64,000 nucleotides of DNA. It comes from Guillardia theta CCMP2712. Lineage: Eukaryota; Protista; Cryptophyta. The stretch covers positions 310,045 to 374,044 of the forward strand of contig NW_005434594.1 of NCBI RefSeq assembly GCF_000315625.1, written 5' to 3'. Below, piece by piece: positions 30,105 through 42,899 of this stretch. The translations under genes were made by a program, and so were the position numbers. The stretch's first letter is position 1, and each line of letters opens with the position of its first letter. A model generated the notes under the pieces. The model saw only the letters and a program-made list of their open reading frames with translations, was not told the origin of the DNA and searched no databases.

Positions 30105-31515
30105 TCAGTTCGACGTTCCCGCAGCCTCCTTCTTCTCCTCAGTGGATGCCTCCTCCTTGGAATCCTGTTTCTGTTCCTCTTTCGCTCCATGCGGAGGATC
30201 TTCCTTGTCTGAGCGAACATGTCAGAGCCTCCTCCACTCCCCTTATCCTCACCGTCATGGGCAGGGCTCCGACTCATGGACCGGCGACGGGATCCGGAGC
30301 GGGAGCGGGACCTTGAGCGAGAGCGAGGCCTGTAAGATGAAGGATAAGACGAAGGAGCAAGAGAAAAGATGGGACTGTGAAAGGAGTGACATCACTTGCA
30401 GCGTTCCCGGGACCTCGATCTGTCGCGCCTGTCCAAGAAAGGGAAGGCAAGGGTCACGAGTGTTCGAGCTACTGGCAGGGTACACCCACCTCTCCCTCTC
30501 ATCCTCCCGCTCTCTCTCCTCCGACGTCATCTGATCTCTGATGCGGCACACAGTCAGGAATACTTCAAGAGCAGCGGGGCTGAGCGGTCGTGACGGACCT
30601 GGGCTTCATGACACGGATGTAGCCCCGGTCAAACGGGTTTGAGAACTCAGTGTCATCGAACTTCTTGATCGCATAGTCCTGCAGTCATCCAACTGATCGT
30701 TAGATGGAGAGGTATGACACACTTGCAACACATACCCGATCGTCCTCGTTGGCGAATTCCACGATCCCGCCACCCTTCAATCAGCAACTCAACGATGTGG
30801 CTTTGACGACTCAGCACAATCTGCGCAGACCTGTCGATCAACATCGGTGTAGACGATCTCTCCAGCCTGTCTGAAGAAGTCTTTGAGATCTTGCCATGAA
30901 GCTGCTCGGCATCGTCAACCTCTGCCGCATCCAGGACGGCCCACCAACCTGACTTGGGCAGGCCGGAGATAATCACTCGATAGTCAGAGCGCCTCAGGTT
31001 GCGAGGAGGAGCTTTGCCCGACCCCCTCTTGTCGTATCCGTAAGTCGCAGCCGTTCCACGCGACATCTCCACTCGCAGCCTTGCTCCTTCGAACATGACT
31101 CCATCTGTACATGGAAGTGCGCACATCCCTGGGGTCAGGACACGACAAGACTGCCATAGTCACATCTGACCTCGTCCTCGCACTGCGGCGAGCTGGTCAG
31201 CCACACGAACTCAAGGGAAGAAGTGACGAACGTACCAGCATCCTCGGCATCATACAGGTTGTCGAATTCAACAAACGCAAACGCAGGGGGCCTGCATGAC
31301 TCATGACTCATGCCTCTTTCATTCACTGGAGCTCTTGCTCCCGTCTCACCTAGAAGGCGTCTTCACCTCAATATCGCGGATCCGTCCATACTTGTAGAAC
31401 AGGTCATCAATATCTCTTTCTCGGATGTCAAGAGGCAAGTTTCCAACTGACCACCAACAAACATCAAGGCCCCATCCCATCGCGAGCCATTCTGCTCACC
31501 ATAAACGCGGGCCAT
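30105..31515 (-). CDS. SR splicing factor, SRSF1/ASF-SF2-like (2 RRM + RS domain; many short introns)
   Basis: [63 protein letters not shown] (the SWQDLKD hallmark), then an RS-rich tail. 3' end approximate. Confidence 0.9.
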
Positions 31516-32159
31516 GGCCTGGGATCTCAGCAAGGGACAACGCACCCTTCACCACACGGTCAGATATAAACCACAGCGTCTTGATGTGACTTCAGCTGCT
31601 GCTTCTGCTGCTGCTGTGTTGTTCGGTTCGCATCACTGGCATCGAGCCCATGTCGGTCTACCCACGAAGACCTCTTACCACGTCTTCGGATCGCTCTCCA
31701 TCCCTCACCGCAGACACAAATTCGGCCATGACCATCATCGCAGTTGTTGCAATCCTCCTCCATGCTGGCTATGCAGCAGTTTTCCTACCACCTGAAGGCC
31801 ATGCTCTTCGCGCGACACAAAATCTCTCCGGGAAGCCACCGGTCTCAACCCTCCAGGAGTGAAGCAGAGTCTCCTTCACCTCCCGCACATGACAGTTCTT
31901 CCTCTCCTGCTCTCTTTCTCTCTCACACACATCCTCCTCCTCCTCCTCCTCTCCTCCTCCGCTCCCGCCTTTCCCATTCGCCTCCACTACGCGTTCCTCT
32001 TCGCATTCTTCTTTCCTTTGACTATAGCATTTTCAACCTGTAACACCCAAATTTGCTAGGGAGCCATGAAATTACAAAAAGACTTCCAGAACATTCTATC
32101 TCTTTTAGCTAGAATTTTTCTAAATTTCTGTCCTGATGACAAAAATTATTGACTATAGA

Positions 32160-32550
32160 TAGTACGGCACCGGACGGCGCCGGGCCCGGCCCGGCCGGGA
32201 GTCCGGGCCTCGCTACTTACACAGACTGTCATCACCCCCTTTCGTTCACGTATTTACACCGGTACTTCACCACATGGGGTACCCACCCCTCGTTCTGACT
32301 CTTGTACCCCCACATTTTAGTATTCGCACCCACCCTACCCTAACCTACCCTGGTACCTAAAGGCACGTGGGGGGCCGGCCTCCTCTACCCCCTACCCCCA
32401 CCCCCTCAAATTGTACCCCACCCTCGACAGACACTTGTGGATTTTACAATACCCCTGAAAGATCATGATAAAGTACCGGTCATTCCATGAAATGGGAGTA
32501 GAGCATGGGGTGCATAGAAAACGGAGATGGGGTGGTGGGGTACCAAACTA
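32160..32550. promoter_or_regulatory. Short GC tract plus TACCC tract between divergent genes
   Basis: CCGGGCCCGGCCCGGCCGG at about 32180, then clustered TACCC words. Confidence 0.5.
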
Positions 32551-32560
32551 GGAGTCGGCG

Positions 32561-34788
32561 ATGGCGAAGTGGGTTGCTGCAGCTGCCGTGATGGCAACGA
32601 TGATGGCTGGAGGAGAAGCCTGGACCATGTGTAAGTGCGCAGAGAAGAGATGATGAGAAAGATGCGAGATGGTGCTCCATGATGCCTCCCCTTGACGATC
32701 ATCCAGAACTGATGTTTGTAGCTCATGAAGCGTGTTGAGGGTTGGGTTGATGTTGGAGTGGGGGGGGCGGGACGGTGATACTGGATGCTCGCTGTCAAGG
32801 TGTCGAGATGTTCGATATGGTTGATTGCTCATGGTGTTTTGATGATCCCGAGAAGATGGCATGTAATGAGAAATTCAGCTCTCGTGTGATGTTTGTCTTA
32901 CCGTGTGGTGATGTCTGTACAACACAACTAGTGAAAAGCCATTTAATAGAAGCGATGAAAGGAGAAAGAGATGCACACAACAAATAGGAAAACCATGCAG
33001 ATCGTATCCCTCTGGTGTATTTTGTTGCTCCTGTATTGAGTTTTCCCGATCTGATATGTGTTGCTTTAAAACACTTTCGGTCGCGCCTCACGCTCCTCCT
33101 GTTATCTTTTTGAAACATCATGCTATCGCATCATCTTCCCCACCACCACCTTCTCCTCCTCCTCCTCCTCCTCCTCCTCCTCCTCCTCCTCCTCCTCCTG
33201 TTGTATCCGCCTCCTCCTGGCCCTCGTCCTTGACATTTCTACACCTCACTGTCTGACTTTGGCTCTCGCAGCTCCTTCTCTCGGCGCTGCTCCCAGGCTC
33301 AGGACCTCGACTGGCGTCTCCACCATTTGCATGGGTCGTAAGGGAGCGCAGACTGGTCTCGGCAAGGGCAACGTGAGTTGATTAGGAAGGTTTTGAATGT
33401 GATAGAGATGGAGATGATGTTGATGGCGTTATGCCTAGACTAGCTTACTTTTCAGGATGTGTGCAACTTGTACAATCCCTGCCTTTGTCTCGTGTCTCAT
33501 TTCTGTTTCATTTCTGTTCGTGTTTCACATCCTTGTTGTCCCTCGTCCTAGTCCCTTGCCCCGCAATCCTCTCCTTGTCCCTCTGTCCAAAATCTTAATC
33601 GTATCCCCTCACCACTCCTGTTCTCTTCCCTTTTCTCCTCTTCTCTTCTCCCCTCCCTTCTCCTCTCCTCTCCTCCCCTCTCCTCCTTCCCCTCTCGCTC
33701 CTTTCTCCCTTACATATCGAACATCTGACGCCTCGTCTCAGACCCGCACTGTTGTGCGCGAGAAGAAGAGCAAGGGCTCCTCCCAGACTGTCGTCAAGGT
33801 CAGGAAGGTTACCGGAGTCGACGTTACCAAGGGCATGATCATCGCCAAGCTCGACAAGGCCACCAAGGAGAACTTTCCCTCTGAGATCCTCAACGAGAAG
33901 GTACCGTCCTCCCTCCTCCGCTCCCTCCCTTTCCTCTCTGCACTTTCCTACTCCTTCCTCGTCTTATTCCTTGCCTGGGATCTCTCGTCCCTGCTGGGAA
34001 CTTGCGCTCCTCTGTCCTCCACCTCTTCATGCTGTTGCTGCATGGAGAGCGTTTGCTCTGACGACCCTCACGATTCCTCCTCCTCCTGTTGCCTCCCGTC
34101 CGCTCGTGGTCTTGACGAGGCCCCAGGTCGAGAAGTTCATGAAGGAGGAGGCTGGTTCCACCATGTACCCCAAGTTGATGCGCAAGGTGAAGCAGCCGGC
34201 GCTCCCTCGCTTCCTCTCTTCTCATGCCCTCGTGTAGATCAAGGCCACCGCTGGTCAGTTGGGCGTCTCCATGCCAGACAGGTGAGGATGCAGTGCGAGT
34301 GCGGAGGGAGGGAGGGAAGAGGAAAGGGGGGAGAGGGGGGAAGGAAGGAGAATCAATATGCTTTCGGTATGTTTACAAGGCTTGTTGCAGGTGGTGCTAT
34401 GAGGCCTATGCCAACCGCTACCAGCGTGAGAGTTTGGCCAAGAAGATCACTGCTGCCCAGGCACCTGTAAGTATCTCTTCCTCTTCCTCTTCCTCTTCCT
34501 CTTCCTCTTCCTCTTCCTCTTCCTCTTCCTCTCCTCTTCCTCTTCCTCTTCCTCTCCCTCTCCCTCACACAACTCCTTTGCGGCTTATGCCCGATCTTGT
34601 CCGGCCTCGCCTTTCACGTCTTCCTACTTTTCTCGTCTTCCTGTCCTTTTCTTGTCAGTCTCGTCCTCTTTATTCTGGTCTTGTCCCTTCATCTGAGTAC
34701 TTCTATCCTCCCCTGAGCCTCGCCTCGTCGACTACTCACTCTTGTGCAGGCTGAGGGCGAGGAGGCCAAGGAAGCGGCCGCTGCATGA
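32561..34788 (+). CDS. Plastid-targeted small basic protein of unknown function (multi-exon)
   Basis: Spliced by eye: MAKWVAAAAVMATMMAGGEA-WTMSPSLGAAPRLRTSTGVSTICM-GRKGAQTGLGKGN/TRTVVREKKSKG...KENFPSEILNEK/VEKFMKEEAGSTMYPKLMRK/IKATAGQLGVSMPDR/WCYEAY...AAQAP/AEGEEAKEAAAA. GT-AG phases are consistent and C-ending codon bias is strong. Confidence 0.7.
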
Positions 34789-35285
34789 AAGTAGCATGTT
34801 GTATAATCTCATACAGATGAAGATCTTCCTGCTTCAGAATCTCTCACGCGTTGTTGCCTTGACATCCTCCTTTCCGCACTCCTCTCTGAGTGATGCTCAA
34901 GCATCATGGATGCACCTGCTCATTTCGATCTCGGCTAGACTTTTCTCGGCAAGTCATACTGCGAGGATAGCAGAAAAGCAGAGGTTCTTTGTTGGCAGAG
35001 CGACATGTTTTGCCCAGCCGGTAGAATCTATTCGGCAGATAGAATATTCAACCCATGTCAGGCGTTGGTTTACGAATTTATATAGCAGCACAAAGTCAGG
35101 AATAACATTACTGTTGGAGGCAAACAATTCAAGCTCGAATATCACACAGGTAAAGTACACATTTAGGTTACAGCACAAACAATCCACCGGGTGGTGGAGA
35201 GATTAAGTAGCAGCACAGATGCCATCTGAGGAAGCCGGTTGCCAGGTGTTGAGATCGTTCTCGATCTCCTTCTGCGCATTTCCAG

Positions 35286-36746
35286 TTAGCCCTCCATGTC
35301 TTGAGACAAGTACATCTTCACCTGGTTGTCTCCCCAGTCATCAAAATTGTCCAGATCGTTGAAGGCAATCGTTGTGTCCATGATCTCATGGCAGATCAGG
35401 CTTTCTAAGATCGCATTCTCGGCTTCCACATGAGGGTTGCTCGAACCCTTCATGGGCGTGAAGGCCCTGGTCCTCATCCTGTCACCAGAGCTGATCGATG
35501 TACACAGATGTAGAACAGCATCGTCCGCAGGAATTCTAGTCGGAGTCTTGAGACGGTCAGGTGTGACTGATGGATACCCTTCCAATGTTGAGCCGTCCCC
35601 ACACAAGAAGAAATGTTGAGGCGAGTGCAACATAGGTGACTTGATGCTGATCGGCCTGCTAGGTGAAGTCTGAGGGGTGAGAAGCTGCATGGGGATGCTG
35701 CCATCATCTCGATGCTCCGAAAGATCATCTTCAATGTTCCTCTCCTTCTTCACTTCGCATTCATTCAGTCCTTTGTCAATTGATGCACCTGCGCCTTCCT
35801 CAGACTTGACAGTCACTGTTTCTGATTTGACACGCGGCCAGCTCACTGCGTTGGCTTTGCATGGGATCGAGTTCACCATGTTCAAGTTGGAGACACCAAG
35901 GTCCAAGAACAAAGGTTTCGATTCAGGGATTCCGCTTCCAATCGAGGAGTCACAGAATGTAAGGATCTTGGCAGTATCTGGGGACCATGGACCACCGTCT
36001 TTGCATTCAAAATCAAGTCTCTTGCGAGTGACCTTCTTGAAGTTAGATTTTCTCCTTTTCTTGGGCTCACTCCCATCTTGGATAGTTGTATAATCTGAAC
36101 AAGAGCTTCGTGGATGAACTTCTGAAAACATCACAAGTGGTCCCCCGAAGCCTGGATTGTATTTGGGCACTGGCTTGCTGGGAAGCATCACATTCCTTGC
36201 TGATCCAGGTACTGCAGAGACCATCTCCGGCTGCTTTGGGATTGAATAGCTAGGATGATGCATTGGACGCTCCATCCTTGGCGGCATTTCAAGACTCTGG
36301 TGGCTCAGGATTGGAACGTTCGGGGCCATGTCCGATTCGTTGTGATACTTTCTCTTACGGATAACCGACTTTCCATTCTTGACATGAATGCGCAGATAAT
36401 GCATCTTACTGTGATACAGGCGATTGTTGAAGTAGGAGCATCTTTCGCAATGGTACCAACGTTTTGTCCCATCGTGCATCGTGAGGAGTCCAGGGTGCTC
36501 ACTGCGCACCCACTCGCTCTCGTTCTTCCCCATCGGAGGACATCTTCGCTTCATATCTGCCATACTCGAGTGTGCATGCTCTTCATCTTTCTGTCCTTGA
36601 TAGCATTCCAGGGAAGGCTTAGTGGGAGTCATGTCGCAACTCGACGTTCTTCGGCCGGGCTTGGACTGACGGAAGGTATCAACCACGCCAACGACTTTCT
36701 TGCCGGGAACGTTGGACTTGCTGCTTGCACTTGAGGGTCTTGCCAT
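35286..36746 (-). CDS. C2H2 zinc-finger protein, intronless
   Basis: 486-aa ORF with WYHCERCSYFNNRLYHSKMHYLRIH and the NLS-like PKKRRK. Confidence 0.75.
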   Translation of the reverse strand: MARPSSASSKSNVPGKKVVGVVDTFRQSKPGRRTSSCDMTPTKPSLECYQGQKDEEHAHSSMADMKRRCPPMGKNESEWVRSEHPGLLTMHDGTKRWYHCERCSYFNNRLYHSKMHYLRIHVKNGKSVIRKRKYHNESDMAPNVPILSHQSLEMPPRMERPMHHPSYSIPKQPEMVSAVPGSARNVMLPSKPVPKYNPGFGGPLVMFSEVHPRSSCSDYTTIQDGSEPKKRRKSNFKKVTRKRLDFECKDGGPWSPDTAKILTFCDSSIGSGIPESKPLFLDLGVSNLNMVNSIPCKANAVSWPRVKSETVTVKSEEGAGASIDKGLNECEVKKERNIEDDLSEHRDDGSIPMQLLTPQTSPSRPISIKSPMLHSPQHFFLCGDGSTLEGYPSVTPDRLKTPTRIPADDAVLHLCTSISSGDRMRTRAFTPMKGSSNPHVEAENAILESLICHEIMDTTIAFNDLDNFDDWGDNQVKMYLSQDMEG

Positions 36747-37099
36747 TTTCGATCTGTTTCTGGAGGTTGCTTGTCAAGGGGATGTGCCTGAGAGCGGAGA
36801 ACAGCCCTGACAAGCGACACAATCACCCGATCCCCCCTGCTCGATTCACGTGCGGGATCAGCGAGAGTGGCGAAGAGGGGAATAGAACGGAAGGGCAGCA
36901 GGAGATCACGGATGCAAGACCGGATCGGAGGAGTGCAGGAGGAGGAAGGGCGGGAGGAGGAAGGGCGGGAGGAGACGGGGGAGGAGGAGGGTGCGAGAGC
37001 GGCTGGGGGGAAGCAGGGAGCAGGCGGGGGAGGAGCGGGGGGAGGGGCAGAAGAAGATTTTTTCCCGCCAAAAGAGGAGCGGCGGGTTAACTAATCTGG

Positions 37100-38670
37100 C
37101 ACTTTCCTTTGTTGGATGCCCACACCCCTACCCCCCATTTTACCCAAAAATTACCCACCTTTTGTACCCTGTTCCTCCAATCGAGAGTACCCTACCTGTG
37201 ACACCGTTGCATGAGACCCCACCCCCCTATGAGAGGAATTTCATCGGAGACTGACTAGGTACAAGTCAGTACCCCGACCTAGTCGATTTTACTTTAGATG
37301 TTACTACCCCACCCGCCTAACAGGACGGATGTTAATTAACGGATACCACCTACCCCCTCGCAGCACATTTTTCGCCCACCGATCTCCGGTCTACACCCCT
37401 ATGGCGATGGACCCCCAGGTCACATTGAACCCCACCCCCCTTTTCCCATCACCTCCCATACATTTGATGGGCAACTTGCACCTACCCCTACCCTCCCAAT
37501 TACACAAAATGAACACATTTGAAGACTACCCCTCGTCCGTCCACAATTATACCTACCCCACCCTTTTATATCAACCTGACCCCTGTAGAAACAACCCCTA
37601 CGGTATGGGATTGCCATTTCTGTACCCGGTATGACCGTTTCTCAATGACCACCCCCACCCTAAAAACCGTGCTCCACAAAGAAAGAAAGGACCCCGTCAC
37701 TTTACTACCCCACCCATTATTGACCAACGGTTACGACTGCGGCGGAAGGTACCTGTGACCCCTTTTAAAAGTCCCTGACGTTTTTTCACCCGTCCTTTGA
37801 ACAGTGTTCTACCCCTACTTATTCCCAACCTTGCTGCAATGAAGACTCATAGCACCGGTAGTGATCTCATGCGAGCGGTCACAATGGGACCCTACCCCCT
37901 TAATTATTCCCCAAAGTGACTCAGTCTGACCGGACCCAGGCAATATACGAGAGTTGCCAACAGCCTGAAACTTGCAACAGGTAGGAGCCACCCGTCCATT
38001 CTACCGCAAGGAATTGAATCTTGGGGGTAGTGGGGTCACGGGATCGATCCGGCTGAGGACCGAACCGTGACTGACTCACAGTCAGCGGCCGGAGGTCGGG
38101 CCGGCCGAACTCCGAACCGTCACGGCCCAGCCGGGCGGCGGCCGCAGTCCGACGGACTCGGGCCCCGGCGGTCAGTCACCCGTCCGAGCACGCCGCCGCC
38201 GGGGCCCTTGAACGTGATCGGACCGTGCCCGGCGAGTCCGAGTCACCGTCACGGGCGCCCGGGGGCTCGGCTTTGGACTCGCCGGACCGCCGGACTCCCG
38301 GACTCAGACCGTACTACGGTACCGTGCCCGCCGTCGCTGGGTCACTGTCACTCGACTCTGATCGAACGTGAACTGAGTCAGCCCCGGCGGGTGTGACAGG
38401 GCCCGCTGCCCGGCGCGGCCCGGGCCCTCCCACAGTACGGTCCGACGACTCGGATGCGGGCCGCAGTGCGGCCGCAGGGCAGCCCCGGGCGGCGGCTGCC
38501 AGACTCGTGACTCCAGGCTCTGACCGAGTCGGTCGCCGCCCGGCCGGATCATCGGAGCAGCGGCGGCCACCGCCGCGTCGCTGAGGCTGACTCTGTGACA
38601 CGGTACCCACTGCGTACGAATATGAGGCAAGTTCAGTGCCACGGTGCTGCTGTGTGGAGTGCCGCCGGGT
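37100..38670. promoter_or_regulatory. TACCC-rich (37100-38040) plus GC-rich (38040-38670) intergenic module
   Basis: Very dense TACCC words, then a CCGG/GACTC tract. Lies upstream of the C2H2 gene. Confidence 0.5.
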
Positions 38671-38672
38671 CA

Positions 38673-39896
38673 TCATGATTTCTTCACTATTCGAATCTTG
38701 GATCCGTTCTTCACTCCTGCAGCGCCAATTTCAGAGTCCAGGTCCAGAACCTGTCAGGGTTGTACGGAAGGTCAGAAGGAAGCGAGCCGATGGTGTGAAG
38801 AATGCGTCTGGCATACCTTCCCCTTTCTCTCCGCCTGGTAGCTGCCGATGTCGTCCACTCCTACCTCGTTGCACCAGGCCTTGACCAGCAGTTTACATTT
38901 TTGCGTCGGCTTCACCGTTACTTCCAAGCTCGTGTCGTCTCCTCCGTAAATCACAAGATCCCATTTGTCTCTCTCCGAGTATTCGACCTCGTCTGAGTCC
39001 ATGATTTCTTCTACAGCACCAGAGATCGTGCTCACAGCCTTCATCGTTACTTCTTCTCCAAAAAGCCCCCTTCCCGATCTAAGGTTGCCCAGCACACTCC
39101 CGAACAGCTTCCCCGTGCTCGATGCATTCACGACTTGTGAGACGGCTCCGGCGACAGAGTCAGCCTCCTGCTTCCACTCCGCAGCTCGCTGCCCTGCTTT
39201 CTTGGACAACTCGGCGCTGGAGATGGCATCCTTCACCACGCGCGCATTCTTCCCTGCTTGAGCTGCTATCATCACGGGATCCATTACAGGGACGCTGAAC
39301 CTATCGTCAGCCTGGTAGCGCCTCTTCCCTTTCACCACGTCGACGTCAATCGGAACTCGATCGGGGTACGCTGCTGTCACGACGTCGGCTGGGGCTTCAC
39401 AAAACTCGTAGACCTCTGGAATTCCAAAGGCATCCTCGATTGCGATGATCTTCTTGATGTAACTCTGGAAAGGACCTGGGTTCGCTTCCTCCCCGAAGAT
39501 GTAGGGCTCAGGAGGGAGCGGGTCCATCTTGCTGCCAAACCTAGGTCTGACATACGAGTCTAGCTCCGAGAAGTCCTTCCACGTTCTTTGGAATAGCCAT
39601 GTCCTCGGCTTCTCCCTTTCATCGTTCATGTATTCTCCTGCGAAGAAGAATGTTCCACCCATGTTTCTCTTCAGCGTCACCGAGACTCTGCCTTCAAGCA
39701 TCATCATTCGGCGGAGCAACGACGTCTTCTGCTTTCTCTGTGACAGGCTAGGATAGTTCCCCATCCTCTGACCGGTGATGTAGCTTCCCTCGTTGAGCTT
39801 AAGTCCCCGCATCGGAGCCTCCACTGCATGGAACGCGAAGGCTGCAGGAATCGCAGCCATGCTCAGCGTGCCAAGCAGCACAGCCTGCATGGCCAT
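38673..39896 (-). CDS. Plastid-targeted protein with a PX-like domain and a C-terminal ubiquitin/SUMO-like domain
   Basis: Presequence MAMQAVLLGTLSMAAIPAAFA-F. PX-like WLFQRTWKDFSELDSYVRPRFGSKMDPLPPEP...FQSYIKKII...PEVYEF. Ubl-like DLVIYGGDDTSLEVTVKPTQKCKLLVKAWCNEVG...GK/VLDLDSEIGAAGVKNGSKIRIVKKS, with one GT-AG intron near the 3' end. Confidence 0.65.
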
Positions 39897-40019
39897 CTCC
39901 CGATCTGCCCCTTCCCCGCTCAACCCCACCTAATTCGTGAGTTTCTGTTGTCGAGAAAACAAATAGAGTCCAACATGGATTCTATAAACCAGCAACGATT
40001 TTCCCTTGGCTCCAAAATA

Positions 40020-40980
40020 GCTTCTGATCGGCCGCCGGCCGCCGCCCGGCCCGGCCGGACCCGGCGTCTCGGGGCCCGGGGCCGGTCGCCGGGGCGGCGA
40101 GTCCGTCCGAGGCTCGGACGCCGGTACTACGGTACTACCGTAACACGGCCCGTGACTCCGGCCCCGCCAGGCTGCCACCGCTACTAGGACGGCGTGACTG
40201 CCGCGGCCCGCTCCGAGTCCCCGCCGGCCGGGCTCAGGCTCGCGGGGACGGCGGGCGGCCGGGCCCGTGAGACGGTCACTGCCCGGCCGGGCCCGCCCGC
40301 CGGGCCGCACCGTTAGCCTCGCTGCGTCACGAGTCAACTTTGCTCAAAGCCAAGTTGAGCTGAGGCCGGTCGGAGCCGGGCTTGGCAGCCCCGGTGACCC
40401 GGTCAGCCGGGCCCGGCTGGCACTGGACGACTGAGTCGGCCCGCCGCGCGGCCGCGGTTGACTACTAGTGACTGATTTTTAACTTAACTTTGAGTAAACG
40501 TAACTACCACTGTCGCACAAAATCACGCCAGCCTCAGAGGCGGGGCTGCAGAGCGCCGCCTCAGGGAAATGATGGGATGTTGGTTTCGAGGTTCATTTTT
40601 GAAGTTTCAAATTGTGTCATTAATATTCCTTATTTCAGAGATTATTTCAAAAGTTCGTTTCAAATAATTCCTTCTCTCACTCCAGCAACGGAGGGGTGGA
40701 AGGGTCCATGACCCCTACCCTACCACCTTGTCGGTAGAACTCGATGCGAAATCGAGGGTAGGGGTGAACGTGGAAGCGGAAATAGGACCCAGGAGTGAAG
40801 GCATGTACAATAGTGGGTGGTCTAGCATTGGAAAATATCGGGTAGGGGTTATCACCCCACCATGGATATTCGAGGATAATTTCATAATAATGAGGGGTTA
40901 ATCATGGGTTTTGAATTCTATTGTAGGGTGGGGTATTTGATCAATGTTATCGAGGGGGGTAGGGTATTGTCGGAAATAGA
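40020..40980. promoter_or_regulatory. GC-rich tract, conserved motif (40471-40495, minus) and GGGTA tract between divergent genes
   Basis: Same vocabulary as the other modules. The motif is an exact reverse complement of 50424-50448. Confidence 0.55.
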
Positions 40981-41243
40981 GCAGAGGGTATAGAAGCAGC
41001 GTCGGTGGAAGGGATCGGTATCAAGGTGATACGATATGGCATGGCGTGATATGCAAACCGGCTGCCGCGATGTTGAGCTTTCTTCCCCTCCCTATGCACA
41101 ATCAAAGCCGTGCGATTCTCTCTCGATGCTCCCTTTCTTTGAATACCGCGTCTTGATGTAACAGAGCAATTCAGCCCATTCTGATGATGTTTGTTTAGTG
41201 TTGGATAAGTTGAAAGTAGTAGTTTACTGATGATGTTTGGCAG

Positions 41244-41429
41244 ATGTTCCAGACCCTCTACGGCCAGACCGCTGCTGCCCTCTACGCCAAGGCCGCCGGC
41301 CAGAACGCCCAGGCCCGCCAGCTCTACAACGCCTCCGCTGACACCTACTACAAGGCCAACGATGCTGCTGCCTACGACGACTGGGTCCGCGCCCGCAACC
41401 ACTGGGACTACTTCTACAACCGCTCGTAA
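41244..41429 (+). CDS. 61-aa Ala/Tyr-rich small protein, copy 1 (candidate Tri/ejectisin, RebB-like)
   Basis: MFQTLYGQTAAALYAKAAGQNAQARQLYNASADTYYKANDAAAYDDWVRARNHWDYFYNRS. Extreme C-ending codon bias; a second copy differs only at 2 synonymous sites. The CDS is well supported, the family call is tentative. Confidence 0.8.
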   Translation: MFQTLYGQTAAALYAKAAGQNAQARQLYNASADTYYKANDAAAYDDWVRARNHWDYFYNRS

Positions 41430-41577
41430 ATCCTAGATTTCAACATCAATAAAATGAGAAAAACTTAATTTGCGTGCTGATACAACTTGTTATCATTGGA
41501 TGGATGTTGTTGGAGTGGTTGCAATGTCACTCTTTTCATATCTACAGCAATGTTTAATCAGAATGTTTCATCTAGCA

Positions 41578-42862
41578 TTACATCATTGTTCCGCAAATCT
41601 TCTTCCATCTGCATCCTGAAAATTCACAGTTAATATATGGTTGATATCCTGCATTCAACACGTACTCGATTAGTTCAAGCATGGATTCGAACTCCAACCA
41701 TGAGACAACACCGTCTCCGTCTGAGTCTAACGAGTTGAAGATGTAGTCAAACTGTGAGATGAAAATCAGCTTGTGCAACCAGCTCTATCACTCCTCACTC
41801 ACCCTCTCATCGGAAACGCTCCCTCCCAAGGATCGCAGCGCGCTCTTCAACTCGTGGCCGTCGAGGTATCCTGACTTGTCGATGTCGAACTTGCTGAACA
41901 ACTCTTGCCAACTGGTGTATCCTGCAGTCACTGGAAGTCCCGCCAGAATATCCTTCAATGCCTGCAGGCAGAGTCAAGATGCTGTGGAAGAATTCTAGGT
42001 GATGGATATGAGTTGCACTTTTCTTGAAGACATTCAGAGGTTGGATCCCAAAAATTTCTCTGTTTTTCATCGACAACATCAATAGCATGGATGACAAAGA
42101 TGTGAAAGGATGACATCCGAAACCATAGCAATATCAATCCCCATCCCATGTCTCAGGAGACCAATCACACTGAATCTACATCTCTGCCAACCAACCAATC
42201 GTAAACTGGTTGCCGATCTAGACAACGGACAATGAAAAGCATCTTTGGCACAATCTTGATATCAGGTCAAGAAGTATTAAGTTACGTCAATTCAACATAC
42301 ATGATGTCAAGACACAAGTCATTCCTTCAACTTGCTTTCACTGAAGAATGTATGTCGATGAACACTCAAAGAATGCATGTTCCCTCGCTGTCAAGTCACA
42401 GACACATTGAGCAGCCAGAACAAACATGTGCATCATAACATCGCAATGGGAAAGACAAAAGAGCATTTCAATACGAGCGCAAGAAACAGACAGATCGCAG
42501 CTGCCCCAGCATTTACTGCATCGTGCGTTCTTGCACCTCGCAAATATTGCTTCACTCACCATTAAACCCGCGTTCGATCGGCTGGCATCCGACGTGAAAT
42601 GTGCCATCGTCAACTTTGTCGATGGCATCGCTTTCCGCAAAGGAGGCAGTCTTCCTGTCAAGGCTCTGCCAGCAACTGCGAGGTTGCAACGGGTCGAGCA
42701 AGATAGTTGGGATGCAGCGCGGGAGAGAGAGGAGAAGGATGGGTCGAGGGAGGAGGAGCGAAGGATAGGAGAAGAGGGGAGAACATGGAATGCGTTAGCG
42801 ATCCAGCATGAAGACGCCGCCATCGCAGCCGCCAGGATTATTTTCTGGCCGTATCGCTGCAT
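41578..42862 (-). CDS. Plastid-targeted EF-hand protein (many short introns)
   Basis: Presequence MQRYGQKIILAAAMAASSCWIANA-FHVLPSSPILRSS. EF-hand IFNSLDSDGDGVVSWLEF plus a second loop FDIDKSGYLDGHE. Confidence 0.7.
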
Positions 42863-42899
42863 TGTTGCAACACTCCGCTTACTTTACGATCCTCTTGAA

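Noticed and set aside
31560-31890. Short minus-strand Cys-containing ORF (MEEDCNNCDDGHGRICVC) upstream of the SR gene
   Set aside because: No recognisable domain or codon bias. It could be a 5'UTR or uORF but is unsupported.
33330-34788. Possible cytosolic ribosomal protein (RPS25-like) because of the basic N-terminus
   Set aside because: RPS25 motifs are absent and the spliced model carries a plastid presequence.
37100-38040. Interstitial telomeric array
   Set aside because: TACCC words are dispersed with variable spacers and mixed orientation, not tandem telomeric units.
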